A stretch of DNA of 52,423 bases, filler included, from Streblomastix strix (lineage: Eukaryota): assembly GCA_008636045.1 (NCBI GenBank). It is 2 parts of 2 records of this genome, joined end to end, with 100 filler letters (N's around TTAATTAATTAA, not from the genome) between each part and the next. Parts side by side here need not be neighbours in the genome. Positions count along the whole stretch, not along the records: positions 26,285 to 52,423 come from SNRW01000178.1; 1 more part is not named here. One strand, written 5' to 3'. Positions 26,286 through 40,294 of the stretch are shown here, one piece after another. The position numbers and the translations under genes were made by a program. Under the pieces are notes generated by a model that saw nothing but the letters and a program-made list of their open reading frames with translations, did not search any database and had not been told where the DNA came from. Position 1 is the first letter of the stretch. Each line of letters opens with the position of its first letter.

Positions 26286-29200
26286 AATTCTTTCTAAAAT
26301 TTCAATATATCTGGAGGTTCACTTATTCGAGCATAGAATTGGACAATGTTTAATCTACATTATTGTAAATTCAACAATATTCAGATATCGGAAGGTCAAG
26401 TTTTCAATTCTATATTTCTATTTTAAAGAGTAAATAATCTCTCAACCAGAAATGTGAGTATATCAAATGTTAATATCAGCAAATCTGCTTCTTTTATTTG
26501 TAATGATGGAACAAATTTTACTTTTGACAGTAATTTCTCAATATCTAATTTTCATTTGAAACATGCTGGATCAACTTTCATACGTTAAATTGGGGGATAA
26601 TTGAATGTTACAAATTTTGCAGAAATCAAAAATATAGTAATAGATTCATAATAAGCTGGAAATTGTGGATATCTTATTAATGCATCATCATCAGCAATTG
26701 TATATATTAATCTTTCATAATTTGATGGAGAAATTCGAGGAATTAAATTGGTTGATTCTTCATCATTCTCAAATTCTAATGTTATTTCTACTGACAACAC
26801 ATAAATTGCTGCACAATAACTTTCATTATACAATTTAGAAGTTATAAATTTCACTGTTTCCAATTTGCAGTATTCAATATTCTCATCTTATAGAAATCAG
26901 TCTGTTCTTTTATCTGATTGTATATTCAATAACATCTCAAACTGCATCATAATATTCAAATAACATTAATCACTTGAAATAATTCAATGTACTTTTAGTA
27001 TGATGAACTTAAATAATACTACGAGTATTGTGAGTGTTTTAAATTAATTATACATAAAAATAATCAATTCATCATTTTAAAACGTATTTGCTTTAAATAT
27101 CATTAGGGATACATCTTCCTAGACTATTTCTAATTCTCAATTAATATGTCAAAATGTCACATTCAATAACATAAGTCCACATATTAACTAAGAATCTTGC
27201 ACTTTACTTGATGTTGGGTGTTTATAATCAATTAATATAAATAAATGCGATTTCTCGAACATTAAAACCGAAGGAATTCGTCTTATATCAGATATTACCA
27301 CAAATAGAAATGTAACAATTGAAGATTGTATTCTTCCAATGACATTAGTTTCTAAGAATAGAAATAATTTTATATCTCTTATGGCAAATACAATAAAGAT
27401 CGAAAACATTTCAATTAATCGCTCTTCACAATCTGGTGCCTAATAATTTTTAATAAACAACAGTATTTTCATTAATACATATTCTTCAAATTCTGTTTCA
27501 ATCAAAAGTATAATATTAGATAATATTAGAATAACAGATGGATCTTCGTTGTTTGATGACATCAGCGCTTCCACATCAACTTATACAATTGACAATGTTT
27601 AGATATTAAATTCTATTAATATTGTTGGAGGATCGCATGAAAGCTATCCTATTATTAAATCTAATTCTTAAAATGTTACTGTTTAGAATAGCTTGTTTAT
27701 TAATATAACAGATTTTGCTTTGTTGAAAGGAATGATTATTATTCGAATAACATCAAATATAAACAAACTTACAATTTCCAATACCACTTTCAGAATGTTG
27801 ATAAACATTTCAGGAATAATTTGGAATGAAGGAACCAATAATGAAACTATTACAAACTTATTTAATATCTCAATATAAGATTCTTAAATTGTTAATTATC
27901 CTGTTATTCGCACATCAAGTAGAGGTAATCTCACTTTCTCATCTAATTCCATAATTAACAATATCACTCTAATTGTTGATACAAATAGCAGTTAAAATCT
28001 TACTTATTAAACAATTGAATCAGCTATTATTTTAATAGAATAAAATTGTAATATTAATTTCAATAATATTTCCATCACTAATATTTAATTAGAAGGAGGA
28101 AGATTATTATATTTCAAGAATATGAGTGATGGATAATTAATTGTTTAGAATGTTTCATTCATTAATATAACATCTTTAAATGGGGTTACAATTGGATCTT
28201 CATAAATTACTGGAAATAAAGGAATAATATCTGCAGTCGGTGCAAAGAATATAACATTCAATCATATTACAATAAGAAATATAAATCTTATTACATCATC
28301 AGATTAATTATTAGCTAATAATAGTGAAGGTTAAATAGTATCATCAACAAATGGAACTTCATTCACAATATCAAATTCAATATTATCCTATGTTACTTTA
28401 GGAAGAAATTCATCACCATTTTTCTAATCAGGTTCATCAATATAAATTCAAACAATTACCTTTAATAATACAACAATTCAATCTTGTTAAGTTGGAACAA
28501 ATGATCTTTTCTGTTAAGGATATTCAAATACAAGTAATTAAACTACAATTAGCTTAGAGAATGTATAAATATTAGATATTGATATTCCTTCTTCATTACC
28601 AAACAATTCAATATTCTCTCCAAAATAAATAAAATCAAATATCAATAATGTTACAATCAATAATATTACTCTTCATTCTTAAAGACAATGCATAATATCT
28701 GGAATTGATATGATTTCATTTAATTTGAGTAACATTATAATAAAGAATATTATTGCATTAGATATAGTAACAAATGAAACTAATATTCCAAAAGGAAGAA
28801 TTTCATCACTTTCAGGATCATCTAATGTAGCAGGATTATAAAGTGATGGAAGAGGTATATAATATTATTTAAAGCATAAATAAAAAAAAATTCTTATATT
28901 TTATTTTTTCTGTAATATTTTTAACAAAATTTAGGAATTTCATTGATTCCACTTGGTTTATCTACAAATTCTTCATAATCTACTTATCTAACAGTTGTAT
29001 CTAATATTTAATTTGAGAATATTTCAATTGGATCTGGAAATTGTGTTGAAATACTTTGGAATGCAAATATTTGGAATCTTAATAGTATGAGTACAATAGA
29101 AAATAATATAATAAGAGTTATAACATTATTTATTTTTACTTTTCTATTGTAATTATAGATTTTTCATTTAAGAACATCGTAGGAAAAGATATTGATTTGA

Positions 29201-32200
29201 TAGTAATTCCTTACTCTAGTGGAGTTAGTATAAGTAATTTTACATTTGATAATATTTAAATTGAATGTATGACATAATATATTGATAAGAAGATAATTGA
29301 ATATAAAAAACTATTATTAATTTTTCATAATTCTTTTATTATTAATTATTTTCTTATATTTCAGCAACTGGCCGTTTAATTAACAATCTATTTACATCGT
29401 ATTCTTCTAATGATTCAAATTAATATTTGAACCTTAAATAATCTACATTTTCTAATATTTTATTAAATGGATAAAATGCCGTTGGAATTGAAAGATAAAA
29501 AGGTATTTGAAATTGTACTGTAACTAAGAAATAATAAAAATATATTATTATTTTATTTTTAAATTAAATAAAGGCAATACGAACATTGAAAATTGCAAAT
29601 TCTGTGACATTCAAACAACAGGAGGATTAACATCTTAGTATGAATTAATAATTTATTTAATAAATTATTAAATTTTATTTAATGATCATTAATTTCTTAT
29701 TTTCTCAGTTCATCTGGAGATAATAAAATATTGTAAGAAGGATATGGAACATTTATTTTAGCTTTGAATCTGATCATCTTCACATTTAACAATAATTTAA
29801 TATCAGGAAGTAACAAAAGTTTGAAATATATATTTAGATTGATTTTACTTTAATTTATTTTATCGTTTATTTATTTTTCTAATTATTTTATTCAGATTCC
29901 TATTCAATACTTACATCTTCATTTATTCACATTGATAACATAACCACATCAACTTTCAATAATAATAACATCTCACAAGTAATATTGAAACATTCGTCTG
30001 CTTCAATTTTCTTGGGAACATATATTGATATTATAAATGTTAATAATTCAATATTTGATGATATTTAAATTAATGAGTAAGATGAATGTATGATTTATTT
30101 TTTTATTCCAAATATTTCATTTATTTGTATTTTATTTATAGACATCACCAAAATAATTAATACAGAGAATAGTATAATATCTGCAAGAAGATCACGAACT
30201 GAAAATAATGTATCTTCTGCATAAATGAATGTGAATAAATGTATATTTGTAAATATTGGTGGTATGAAAATTTTATTATTAATAAAATAAAATTAAATTG
30301 ATTTTATTTTTTATTTATTTTATTTTTCTTGTTCAGGCTTTGTACCATATAACTTCACTATTATATCTTCATCTTCTTCATTATCTCCATAACTTCCATC
30401 ATCTCTAATCTCTCAATTGAATCATCTCAATGTATGGAAATAATACCATTAATATTACATTATTATTTTAATTAATTAATTTATTTTACTCATTCTAAAT
30501 AAATTCACTTTAAATATACTATTTAATTATGTTTTTAGGTTACATAATGCACATTTAATAACATAGAATTAACATTGACTGGGGAATAGAATAAAGGAAG
30601 CATTTTAAAGAAGGTAAAAATATTAGACAAAAAAGAATTTTTATTTATTTATGTTATTTCTATTCCTTCAATAAATTTTAGATTCATTAAGGATAAATTA
30701 ATATATAAAATTGTTCATTTGACAGAATTAATACTAAATAATTGGATATTTTTAGTTTTATTAATCAAACCTATTTAGAATTAAAGTGTGATTATTGAGT
30801 ATTATTAATATTTCTTTTAATTTTAAATTATTTTTTTTTATTTTATTTTCTATTACATATATTAGGAACAATTCATTTATCAACATCAAAATTGTTTGTC
30901 TTAAATTCTTCAATATTTAATTCAATTTCAGTGTAAATTGTGTGTTTGATTCAATGCAATTCAACAATTTTGTATTTCTTGAATATGATTTTAATGAGAA
31001 TATAAATCACAAATTATTAATGAATAATTAAAGTAGATTTGTTGAAAATGACTATAGAAGAAGAGGTAATATAATTATTTTTTAATTTAATTATTATTAA
31101 TTTTCTATTATTTTTTTCTCTATTTTTGAATATATCTAATTTTAGATCCAAATTCATATCTGAACTCATCAATCTAATCGTCAATATTTTATTTGTCTGG
31201 GGGAAAATAAATTAATGTGTCATATTGTAATTTCACTTCAATATAATTGAATTCATCTTAATCTTCATTAATATTTGTTTAAAATGCATAAATATTGAAT
31301 ATTACAAGATGTTTATTCTAGAATATTGAATCATATGGAAGAATGAATTCAATTGTTCTTGGAAGGTTTATTATAATAATAATATAAAATTAATATTAAT
31401 ATGCATAAATCGTTTTAATTGTTATATTGTATTGTATTGTTTCAGGTCTTTATTAGGAGGAGGAATAAGTGTTACTTTCTCTTATTTTCAGAATATAACT
31501 ATTAATGGTGGAGAAGGAACTTGGTACATATTTAATATAATTATTATTTTAAACTATTATTTTTCTATATTAATTGTAAAATTCAGGTTAATTTGTTCAT
31601 AATAATCAACAGGATACAATTTATCTCAATAATCAGGTTATATATAAGATTCTAACTTCTCATATATTTAATTTTAAGATGGAAATAGAACTGAATTAAA
31701 AGGGGAAATGAAAAGAGATAATGAAGCTTTAGGCGGTATTAATTTATTGAAATTTAAAATTAATTCCTTGTTTATATTATCTAATTTATTAATATAGGAA
31801 TTTATGGAGTTGATTATTCATCATTTTCATCAATAGAAAGATGTTTATTTGATAATATTCAATTAAACGCAGGAAGATAGACAATTATTTCATTGATAAG
31901 TATAATTTATAAAATTTGAAACTTAATATTTATTTTTATTTTTTTTAAATAATAATTTCAGGAGTAGAAAAATCAACTATATCAAAATCGGCATTTTAAA
32001 ATTGTCAGTTTAAAGGAATATATGAAAGTGAAGAAAATAAAATTAAGTTTATAAGAACTTAAGGATATAATTCATTAATTGAAATATGCGCTTGTGATAA
32101 CACAAGTTTGCTTTATAAAAAAAGAAATTTAATTATTTTTATCTATTTTTTTGATTAATTTTTTAATTCTAGCTCTTTTCAACAATTCATTCAATAATAT

Positions 32201-35200
32201 AACTGGCACAAATGAATAATAAGGAAATACAGTAATATTTGAGAGTGATGGAGAAGAAAGAGGAATTTAAACTAATCAATCTATAAGGATGTATGAAATT
32301 ATTTAAAATAAATAATTTTATATTTATATTATTTATTAATTTTTATTATTACGTTTATTATCAGTCTCAATATTACATAGAATAACTTCACAAATGTTCA
32401 TTATGATTTGACATCTCACATTCATTCTATTGGTAAAACATAATTAATAATAAATAAAGTTAGATTTATTGGATAAGTTAATATAAATGGATAAATTATA
32501 TAATTAGGAATAAATGATGGAGAAGATATAGAAATTGATGATAATAGTATTATTATAATAAAGTGAATTGATTAATTTTCATTATATTTTTCATAATATT
32601 TCTTTCTAATTTTATTTAATTTATAGCTCAAATTGCTTCAACAATATCAATATCAGGAATTGGAGGATAGTTATTTATAAATTAATTATTAATTCAAAAT
32701 TTAATAAGAATTAAGAATCATATATTAATATGAGGAAGTGATAATACTGATATAATATAAATAAATAATACAAATATCAACAATATAGTAACAGATTAAG
32801 ATATAATATAAACTAATAATATATTGAATATTGCTGTGAATGTATTATTTATTGATTAAATTAAGATTTATGGAATTAAAGGAAGATCAGTTATTTCTGC
32901 TGAGAATACAATTTCGTAACTATAGATTAATAATTCAAATATAACAAATATTAATTCAAGTCAGACAGCTGAATAATAAGAAGAATAAATCCCAAATTAT
33001 TCAAGTGGAATAAGAATTTAAGGAAATGATTAACAATATGGAAATAACAATACAAGAATAAATTTAAATAATGTGATATTCATGAATATGCACTTTGAAG
33101 GAGATGGAGGAAATGTATGAAGATTTAAATAAATTAATTTTTTAAATCAATATTAAATGATTAAAATATAATATTTTTCTTTACATTTTTATTATATGTT
33201 TTATTTTCAATTGTTCTCCAGGCTTTGATTATTTCCAATCAATCAGGATAATCACTTATATATAATTGTACATTCATTAATATAACTAATAATGATATGA
33301 GTTAAAGAGGAGCTTTAGGAGGTATGAGTTTATTTTATTAGAAATATTCTATATATTTAATTTAATTTAATTTAATTAATTTAATTTAATTTAATTTAAT
33401 TTAATTTAATTTAATTTAATTTAATTTAATTAATTTAATTTAATTTAATTTAATTTAATTTAATTTAATTTAATTTAATTTAATTTAATTTAATTTAATT
33501 TAATTTAATTTAATTTAATTTAATTTAATTTAATTTAATTTTAATTTAATTTAATTTAATTTTATATTTAATTTTATATTTATTTATTTTAGGGGCAATT
33601 TATTCTGAGATGAATAACGTTGAAACGTAATTTCTATATTTATCTAATTGTACATTCACAAAGACAAAAGCTGGAGAGGTTAAATAATTATAATTATAAT
33701 TATTTTCATATAAATTATTATTTATATTTACTTTATTTATTTAATAGATATAAACATCTTCAACAAATCCTAATGGTGGAATGGGAGGAGCTTTATTTAT
33801 TAATATTTATAATATTGCTGATAATTATTTCTTAAATGATCTTGTTCTCTAAAATACACAAGTATGAATAATAGAAAGAAAATAGAAAAAAATTAGTTTA
33901 AATAATAATCACTTTTTTTATTCTCATTTTCATAATAATTTTATTTATTCTCGTTTTCATTATTATTATTTTTTATTATTGTTAGGCTTAATATGGATCA
34001 TAAATATATATTTATTGCTATTCTTTGTTCAATTGCGTATAGGAATATAAATTTAATTTTGATTTGAATTAAAGTGATTATGAATAATAAAACACACTTT
34101 GTGGTATAAGTTACTAATTTAGAAAAAATTAATTCACAAAAACAAATTGAATATTAGTTAAATAAAATTTTAATCATTAAATTATTTAATTTAACTTATA
34201 TTTTATTATTACAAATTATCATTCACAGGTCGAGACAAAATATCTACTTCTGAATTCTCAAATCATACATCACTATTTATTTTATTAACATATAGATATG
34301 ATGTTTGAATTAATTATTTATATTTTATTATAAATTATCAAATTAAATTATTTTATATATTTTTTATTTATATATATTCATTTATTTAGTCAATTGTATT
34401 GATATCAAGTATAAATGGATTGGAAAGATATTCTTGCGGAACAGAAAAATATCCTTGTTCAACATTAAGTGGTTTATTATTTATTAAAATTATATTAAAT
34501 TTATTTATTCATATCTAATTTATTTAAATTTCAACCACATTTTAACTTATAGGCGCATATAACCATCTTCGAGGAGAAGAATGCAATATCAGCATTAATG
34601 AAAGTAAAAATATTTTCTAATTTCATTTGTATTCAATCTTTCTTTTATTTCTTTTTTTAGGTGCATAATTTGGATAATCATTCACAAACTGTTACATTCT
34701 TAATATTTAAAAATAATTGAATTAATAAGATAAATCTATGATATACTTTAATGAAGATTAAACTTATTAATTAAATTAAAATAAAGGTTTATTTATTTAT
34801 TATATATTAATTCATAAACAAATATATAATTTCACATTTATTTTTTTAAAAATTTTTCACAGATAATATTCCGCCACCATTACTATAAAATTTTAATGAA
34901 TTATATATTTCTGATATTGTTTTCAAATTAAATTAGATTAATAGAATTGAAAAGGTATAAAAATAAAGAATGTAAATTATAAAATATTAAATAAATATTT
35001 TATCTTTAAATTTGATTAGATTTTTGAAAGTATTGGAAAGGTTTTTTCAATCATCAGTTCATCTTTTATACCAGAGAAAATAAACAATCGTATATTATTT
35101 ATATTATTAAATAATATTCTAAATTATAATTTTATTTTATTTTTTATTTTTTCTTTTATAATTAGCATTAATTTCATATGGTTTAATTTCACTTATCACT

Positions 35201-38200
35201 GGATAATTAGTTGTTTAAAACATTTCTATTAGTAATCTTACATTCACTAATTTTGTGAGAGTTTTTGAAACTTAATTCTCACATTATTAAATATAATAAT
35301 TATCAACATAAATTCCAATCTCATTCTAACTAATTAATATAATTAATACAAACATTGAATATGGATCTATTTTTAGAATTGAATTAACTGATTTCACTCA
35401 ATTAGATAATAAAGAAAGAGATGATTTGAAAGGAAAAGTTAATAAAGAATTATAAATAGTTGATTTAAATGTTATTAATGTTACTGGAAGTAAAGTAAGA
35501 GATTAAGAAATATTTAGAATAAACAATTTTATTACATATTATTTACTAATTTATAATTTATAATTTATTAAATTTAGATTTAGACTCCATTGTGCCTTGA
35601 AATTGTTGGAGTTAGAATTCCTTAATAACCATTGAATTAATAATCTATTTCCTAACATATTTCATAATATTAATCAAATGATGACTATTAAGATGAAAAA
35701 GAACTTCCTTATCCAGTGCAATTTGTGTTTAAGAATATTTCTGTGTTAAATAGCTAAAGAGCATTACGTGTTTAAGGTTGATAAATAAATAATAATAATA
35801 ATAAATAATTAATTTTGTTTTCTATTCTAATTTATTTGATTCCATTTAATGTTTTTACTTTAGGATCAATTCTCTCTCTATTTCGTGTTTCTGGAATAAT
35901 CTACAATTTTTCATCAATAAAATAATCAAATAGTACATCTTAATATTATTAGTAAGATTAAGATGATTAATTAATGTGTTAATGGAAGGTTTACAAAAAT
36001 AATAAAAATAATAATATATAAAATACTTAATTTAAACATATATTTTTATTTCATCAATTTTTAAAAATAAAATTATCTTAATTAGGGTTCAACAATCTTT
36101 ATTACATAAGGAAGTTCAGTTATTATTGACAATTTAACAGTTACAAATCACAGTGAAGGGGGAATAAATATTGAATTAGGAAGTTGGATATAAATGAAGG
36201 TTAATGAAAATAAATGGATATAACTTTTATCTTATTTATCTTTATATTTTTCATTTTATAGCAAGCATATTTCTATGGAAATAATCCTAGTATTCCTGGA
36301 TATTAAATTGTAAGAAGAAATATATATTGCAGCTAATTTGGAGTTGAAAAAGAATAAAAAGGTTTATTTGTTATTAAAAATGATAATAATAATTTAATTT
36401 GTTATTTCTCTATACGTTTTTTTATAGAAATTGCAAAATTTAGATAAAACACAATTGATCTGGTATCATTAAGAGATGGTTATATAATTAATTGAATATA
36501 TTATAATTTAATAGAAAAAATAATTATAATTATATTTTATTATATATTCAGGAAGTGATGGAAAAAGATTAAATGGATCTAATGTTTGGATATAAAACGA
36601 TGAATCTTGCGAATTGAAAGTTTGAATTAATTATTTTCATTTATTTATTATAAATATTTTAAAATGGATCTCTGATTAAAATTAGGGTGATCTTCTCTCT
36701 CCAACTAATCTTATTGTTAATACATATCATTTCTTACTTAATTCATCGTTTGTAGAAAGAAACATTGAAAATTAAACATATTAAGTCAATCTAAATGGAT
36801 CTAATTTCATCTCTTGTGATTTATATATACAGTTTAATAGAAAAGTTGATTAAGAAGAGGATAAATAATTAAATGTTAAACTATTCTCTTATTAATAATA
36901 TGGATTATCTGTTTCAAATACAAGTGCTGTATTTAATTTACCTTTTGATTGTATAAATGGTTTGCATTAATAATTAATTAAATTAAAATTTAAAACATTG
37001 ATATTTTTTTTTAAATATCATTATAGCTACAATTGATAGTAATTGGGTTGTAAGAGCAATTCATAGAATAAAATTTTGGAATAATAAAATGAAATAAAAT
37101 CAATATATAAATGAAGATTAGTATAATTATGAATAAGGAAATGGTTATATTCAATAATCAACATAATATATACAATTATAAACAAGATTTACAGATTCGT
37201 ATGAATAAGAAACTGATAAAGAAATAGCGGAAGAAGATGATTAAGAAGAATATAGTAAAAAACAAAAAACAAAATAAATGACAATTGGACAATTGGTTAT
37301 AATTATTGTTGTTCCATTAGTGATTTGTATAATTATAGCAATATCAATTATTTTAATATTCTTTTAATTAAAGAAACTTAATCTATTAAAGAATAAAAGA
37401 AAATTAGAAGATATTTTACTTTGTGATAATAATGGTTTATGTAAAAAATATAGAAATAAATGAATATTTTTATTAAAGAAATGCTAAAACAAATATTATT
37501 TATTTACTTATTTATTAATTGTTTATTTTTTTGATTTAAATTTTTCTTACAATTAATAGTAACGATTGAAGAAGAAAATGAATAAATTAATATTAAATCA
37601 AACAATGAAAAAGGATAAAACCATGTTTCAGATATTAAATAGGTTTAACTTAAAAATATTAAGAGTATATAAAATTAATTAGAAAAAGAAGATTAAAAAG
37701 AGAATGAATAATAATAAAAGAAATAATAAGAGAAATAATAATAACTTGATCAAGAATAAGTGAAAGAATAAAAATAAGTGAAAGAATTATAGAATGAATA
37801 TAATCAAGATAAATATAAATTAATAAACAATTAAAAAGATGGAATGAAAGAAAAATAATAGGAGAAAAAATAGAAACATTAAAATAGACATAAAGATAAA
37901 GTTAGAGGCGAGGAGATAAAATAAATAAATAATGACAAAATTAATATTGTTAAAGGATAAATGGAGAATAGTAAAATGTAAAGAAGAAAATCTTCAATAA
38001 TTAATAAATTTGATGATAAAAAATAGTTGGATAATGAAAATTAACGAAAAGACATTAATGTTAATAATAATAAATAAAATATTTTTAATAAAGAAAAAGA
38101 TGAATAATAGTAATAATAAGATTAAGAGAAATAATAATAATTATAATAAGTTTAAAAAGATAACTTTAAAAGTAAGAGTCAACCTTTGAATGATAAAGAA

Positions 38201-38530
38201 TTCAATTTATAAGAAGATATCAGCAATAATTTTGTGGTTTCTTCGTTTATTAGATAAGTAATATCATTTTTCCCAGAAGATGAATATACGTAAACTTAAT
38301 CATTAATTAATTCATCGTAAAGTTAATATTATGATAGTAATAAAATAATTGAAGAATAAGATGATGATTAAGAAGAATATGATTAAAGTTCTCACAGAAT
38401 AAAAAGTGAAAAATCCTCATTAACAACAATTTTGAGTGAAACAAATAGTCAATTCCCCAATAAATCATCAGTTGCTGAAAGCTCTGATGAGTCTGTTGTA
38501 CAAAATTATTTCATATGGAAAAATCAATGA
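26286..38530 (+). CDS. Giant Asn/Ile/Ser-rich beta-helix (pectin-lyase-fold/Pmp-like) type I membrane protein, 5'-partial
   Basis: First exon 26286-28854 is open only with TAA/TAG=Gln. Roughly 40 short GT-AG introns follow (rough count). Recurrent FxNIxI, GGAIYS and GGAL motifs, SCGTEKYPCSTL (about 34432-34470), VRRNIYC. TM helix IGQLVIIIVVPLVICIIIAISIILIFF (about 37284-37364), Q/N/K/E-rich tail, TGA 38528-38530. Confidence 0.8.
33356..33565. repeat. (TTTAA)n pentanucleotide microsatellite in an intron
   Basis: About 40 near-perfect TTTAA units between GT (33322) and AG (about 33592). Confidence 0.95.
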
Positions 38531-38763
38531 GTGCTAATTTACTATTTAATATTTATTAAGAGGTTTAAATATTAAGTTTTATTTTTTCCAAGAGTTTTTT
38601 TTTTCTAATTTCAAAAATGTAATTATAAAATCAAAACATCTTCATATTTCATAACTGTTTTATTAATATACTGTTAAATAAACTGCGAATGATTATTAAT
38701 CAAATTTTTACATTTATTAATTTAATTCAAAAATGATCTTTATTTGAGATTATAGCCAATTAT

Positions 38764-39500
38764 TCATTCCTTTTGAGTATAAGTTATCTTCGGCGTGCTT
38801 TAATAAGTAAGACCGAGGATTCCTTCTTTCTATAAAGTAATATAAATAAACAACAAATAATAATAAAATAATAATAAAAAAGTTAATAATAATAAAATTA
38901 AGATAAAATTGCTAAAAATAATAAATAACAAACTTGTTCAACACCAACAGCAGTATGAACAGCAAGTGGTGTAAGCAGATAAATATCATGTGATGAAACC
39001 GATATACGTTATACAACACGACATTCCATATTAATTGGACACTCAGCAATGAGCGGTGCTTTCACAAACTTCGCAGCTGCACGTGTATATCCACAAAGTG
39101 CAAATTTGTCAAGATCTGGTTCAAAGAACAGTGAATGTTTTCCTGCTTACTACCACTACGCTTCTTGGCCATACGCTGGGATATTGATGACGACTTCGGC
39201 TGTTTCATCTAGGCATTTAGAACAGTATCTGCGACAGAACTGTTCTTTTTCTTTTGGATCAATTGGTTTAAGATCTTTAAGACCTGTACTCAGCTCTTCC
39301 AAGGTAAGAGTATGCTTTTGATCACGTTGACACAGTGAGATATAATAGAGTGGAGGAATTCCATTTACCATACCCCAAAATCCAAGTGGACAAATAGTTG
39401 ATTTTCCTTCAGAATCTGTTGCGGTCGCAAGACACACAGGAAAACCCATGAAATCAGAGAGAAAATTCGGTTATTCTGGTGTACGAATAATTTTCTACAT
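38764..39500 (-). CDS. Flavin reductase-like FMN-binding protein (DIM6/NTAB family)
   Basis: GFPVCLATAT...STICPLGFWG...EVVINIP...DKFALCGYTRAAAKFVKAPLIAECPINMECRVVQRISVSSHDIY. One intron about 38830-38933. TGA 38764-38766. Confidence 0.82.
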
Positions 39501-39660
39501 GGATATCTAATAAAATACAAAAATAAACAATTTTTAATAATTATACAGAAGATAAATGAAATTTATTAAGAAAAAATTGAAAAATTCTTGTTTTTTTAAG
39601 CAATCTCAATCAAAATTTTATTTTAAGAAATTATATTATATTAAATTTTTGTGTAGACGT

Positions 39661-40201
39661 ATGTTTTCAACACCATTACTGCTTGATATTCCCTGTCCAC
39701 TATGCAAAACCGATAAAAATGGATGTAAATCAATAAATCCAATCTGCCCATTTGGCCACTAGAATTAATAAGCGAATATAATAGATTTATCAATTTCAGC
39801 AGAACAAGAAATTTAAATTTAGGGACAATAAAAATAAATTGATTTAATAGAAAATAAGAAAGATATATAAAAAGAGAAGGTGAAGTAAATTTAACAAACA
39901 AGTATATTTTCGGATCCGCGATAGCTGGATATTAATACGTAAACAAGAGAGCACTACTTTTCACTAATACTTAAGGAAAGTTAGAGGATTTTCCCAGATT
40001 AACAAAGAGCTTTTAATGCATGATTCAAAATTTTAATTTAATTTTTCTTTATAACTTTTAAACATTATTGCTCATTATTTATTTATTTAGGAGGCTTGGA
40101 ATTTAGAATAAGCACTGTATGATTCAATATAAGATTCCTCCTTTTATATAACATACTGCACAAGTGCATTGTAAACTTTGCGTGAGTAGAAACCATAATG
40201 A
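39661..40201 (+). CDS. Small protein resembling REXO1/Rex3 non-catalytic domains (C3H zinc-finger-like plus helical domain)
   Basis: MFSTPLLLDIPCPLC...GCKSINPICPFGH, then TREHYFSLILKESQRIFPDQQRAFN / EAWNLEQALYDSIQDSSFYITYCTSALQTLR. Exons 39661-40017 and 40091-40201. Confidence 0.65.
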
Positions 40202-40294
40202 TCAGTAAAAATATAATTCAATTTTTAGTTTATTTAATAATTAATATTCAATTCAACTAATAGTTAAAATAATAAATTGATACTTATTCTGTAT

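Noticed and set aside
26585..27409. Minus-strand ORFs from the track
   Set aside because: Antisense to the long first exon of the surface-protein gene.
33356..33565. CRISPR array or telomere
   Set aside because: No spacers, no G-rich strand, and it lies inside an intron.
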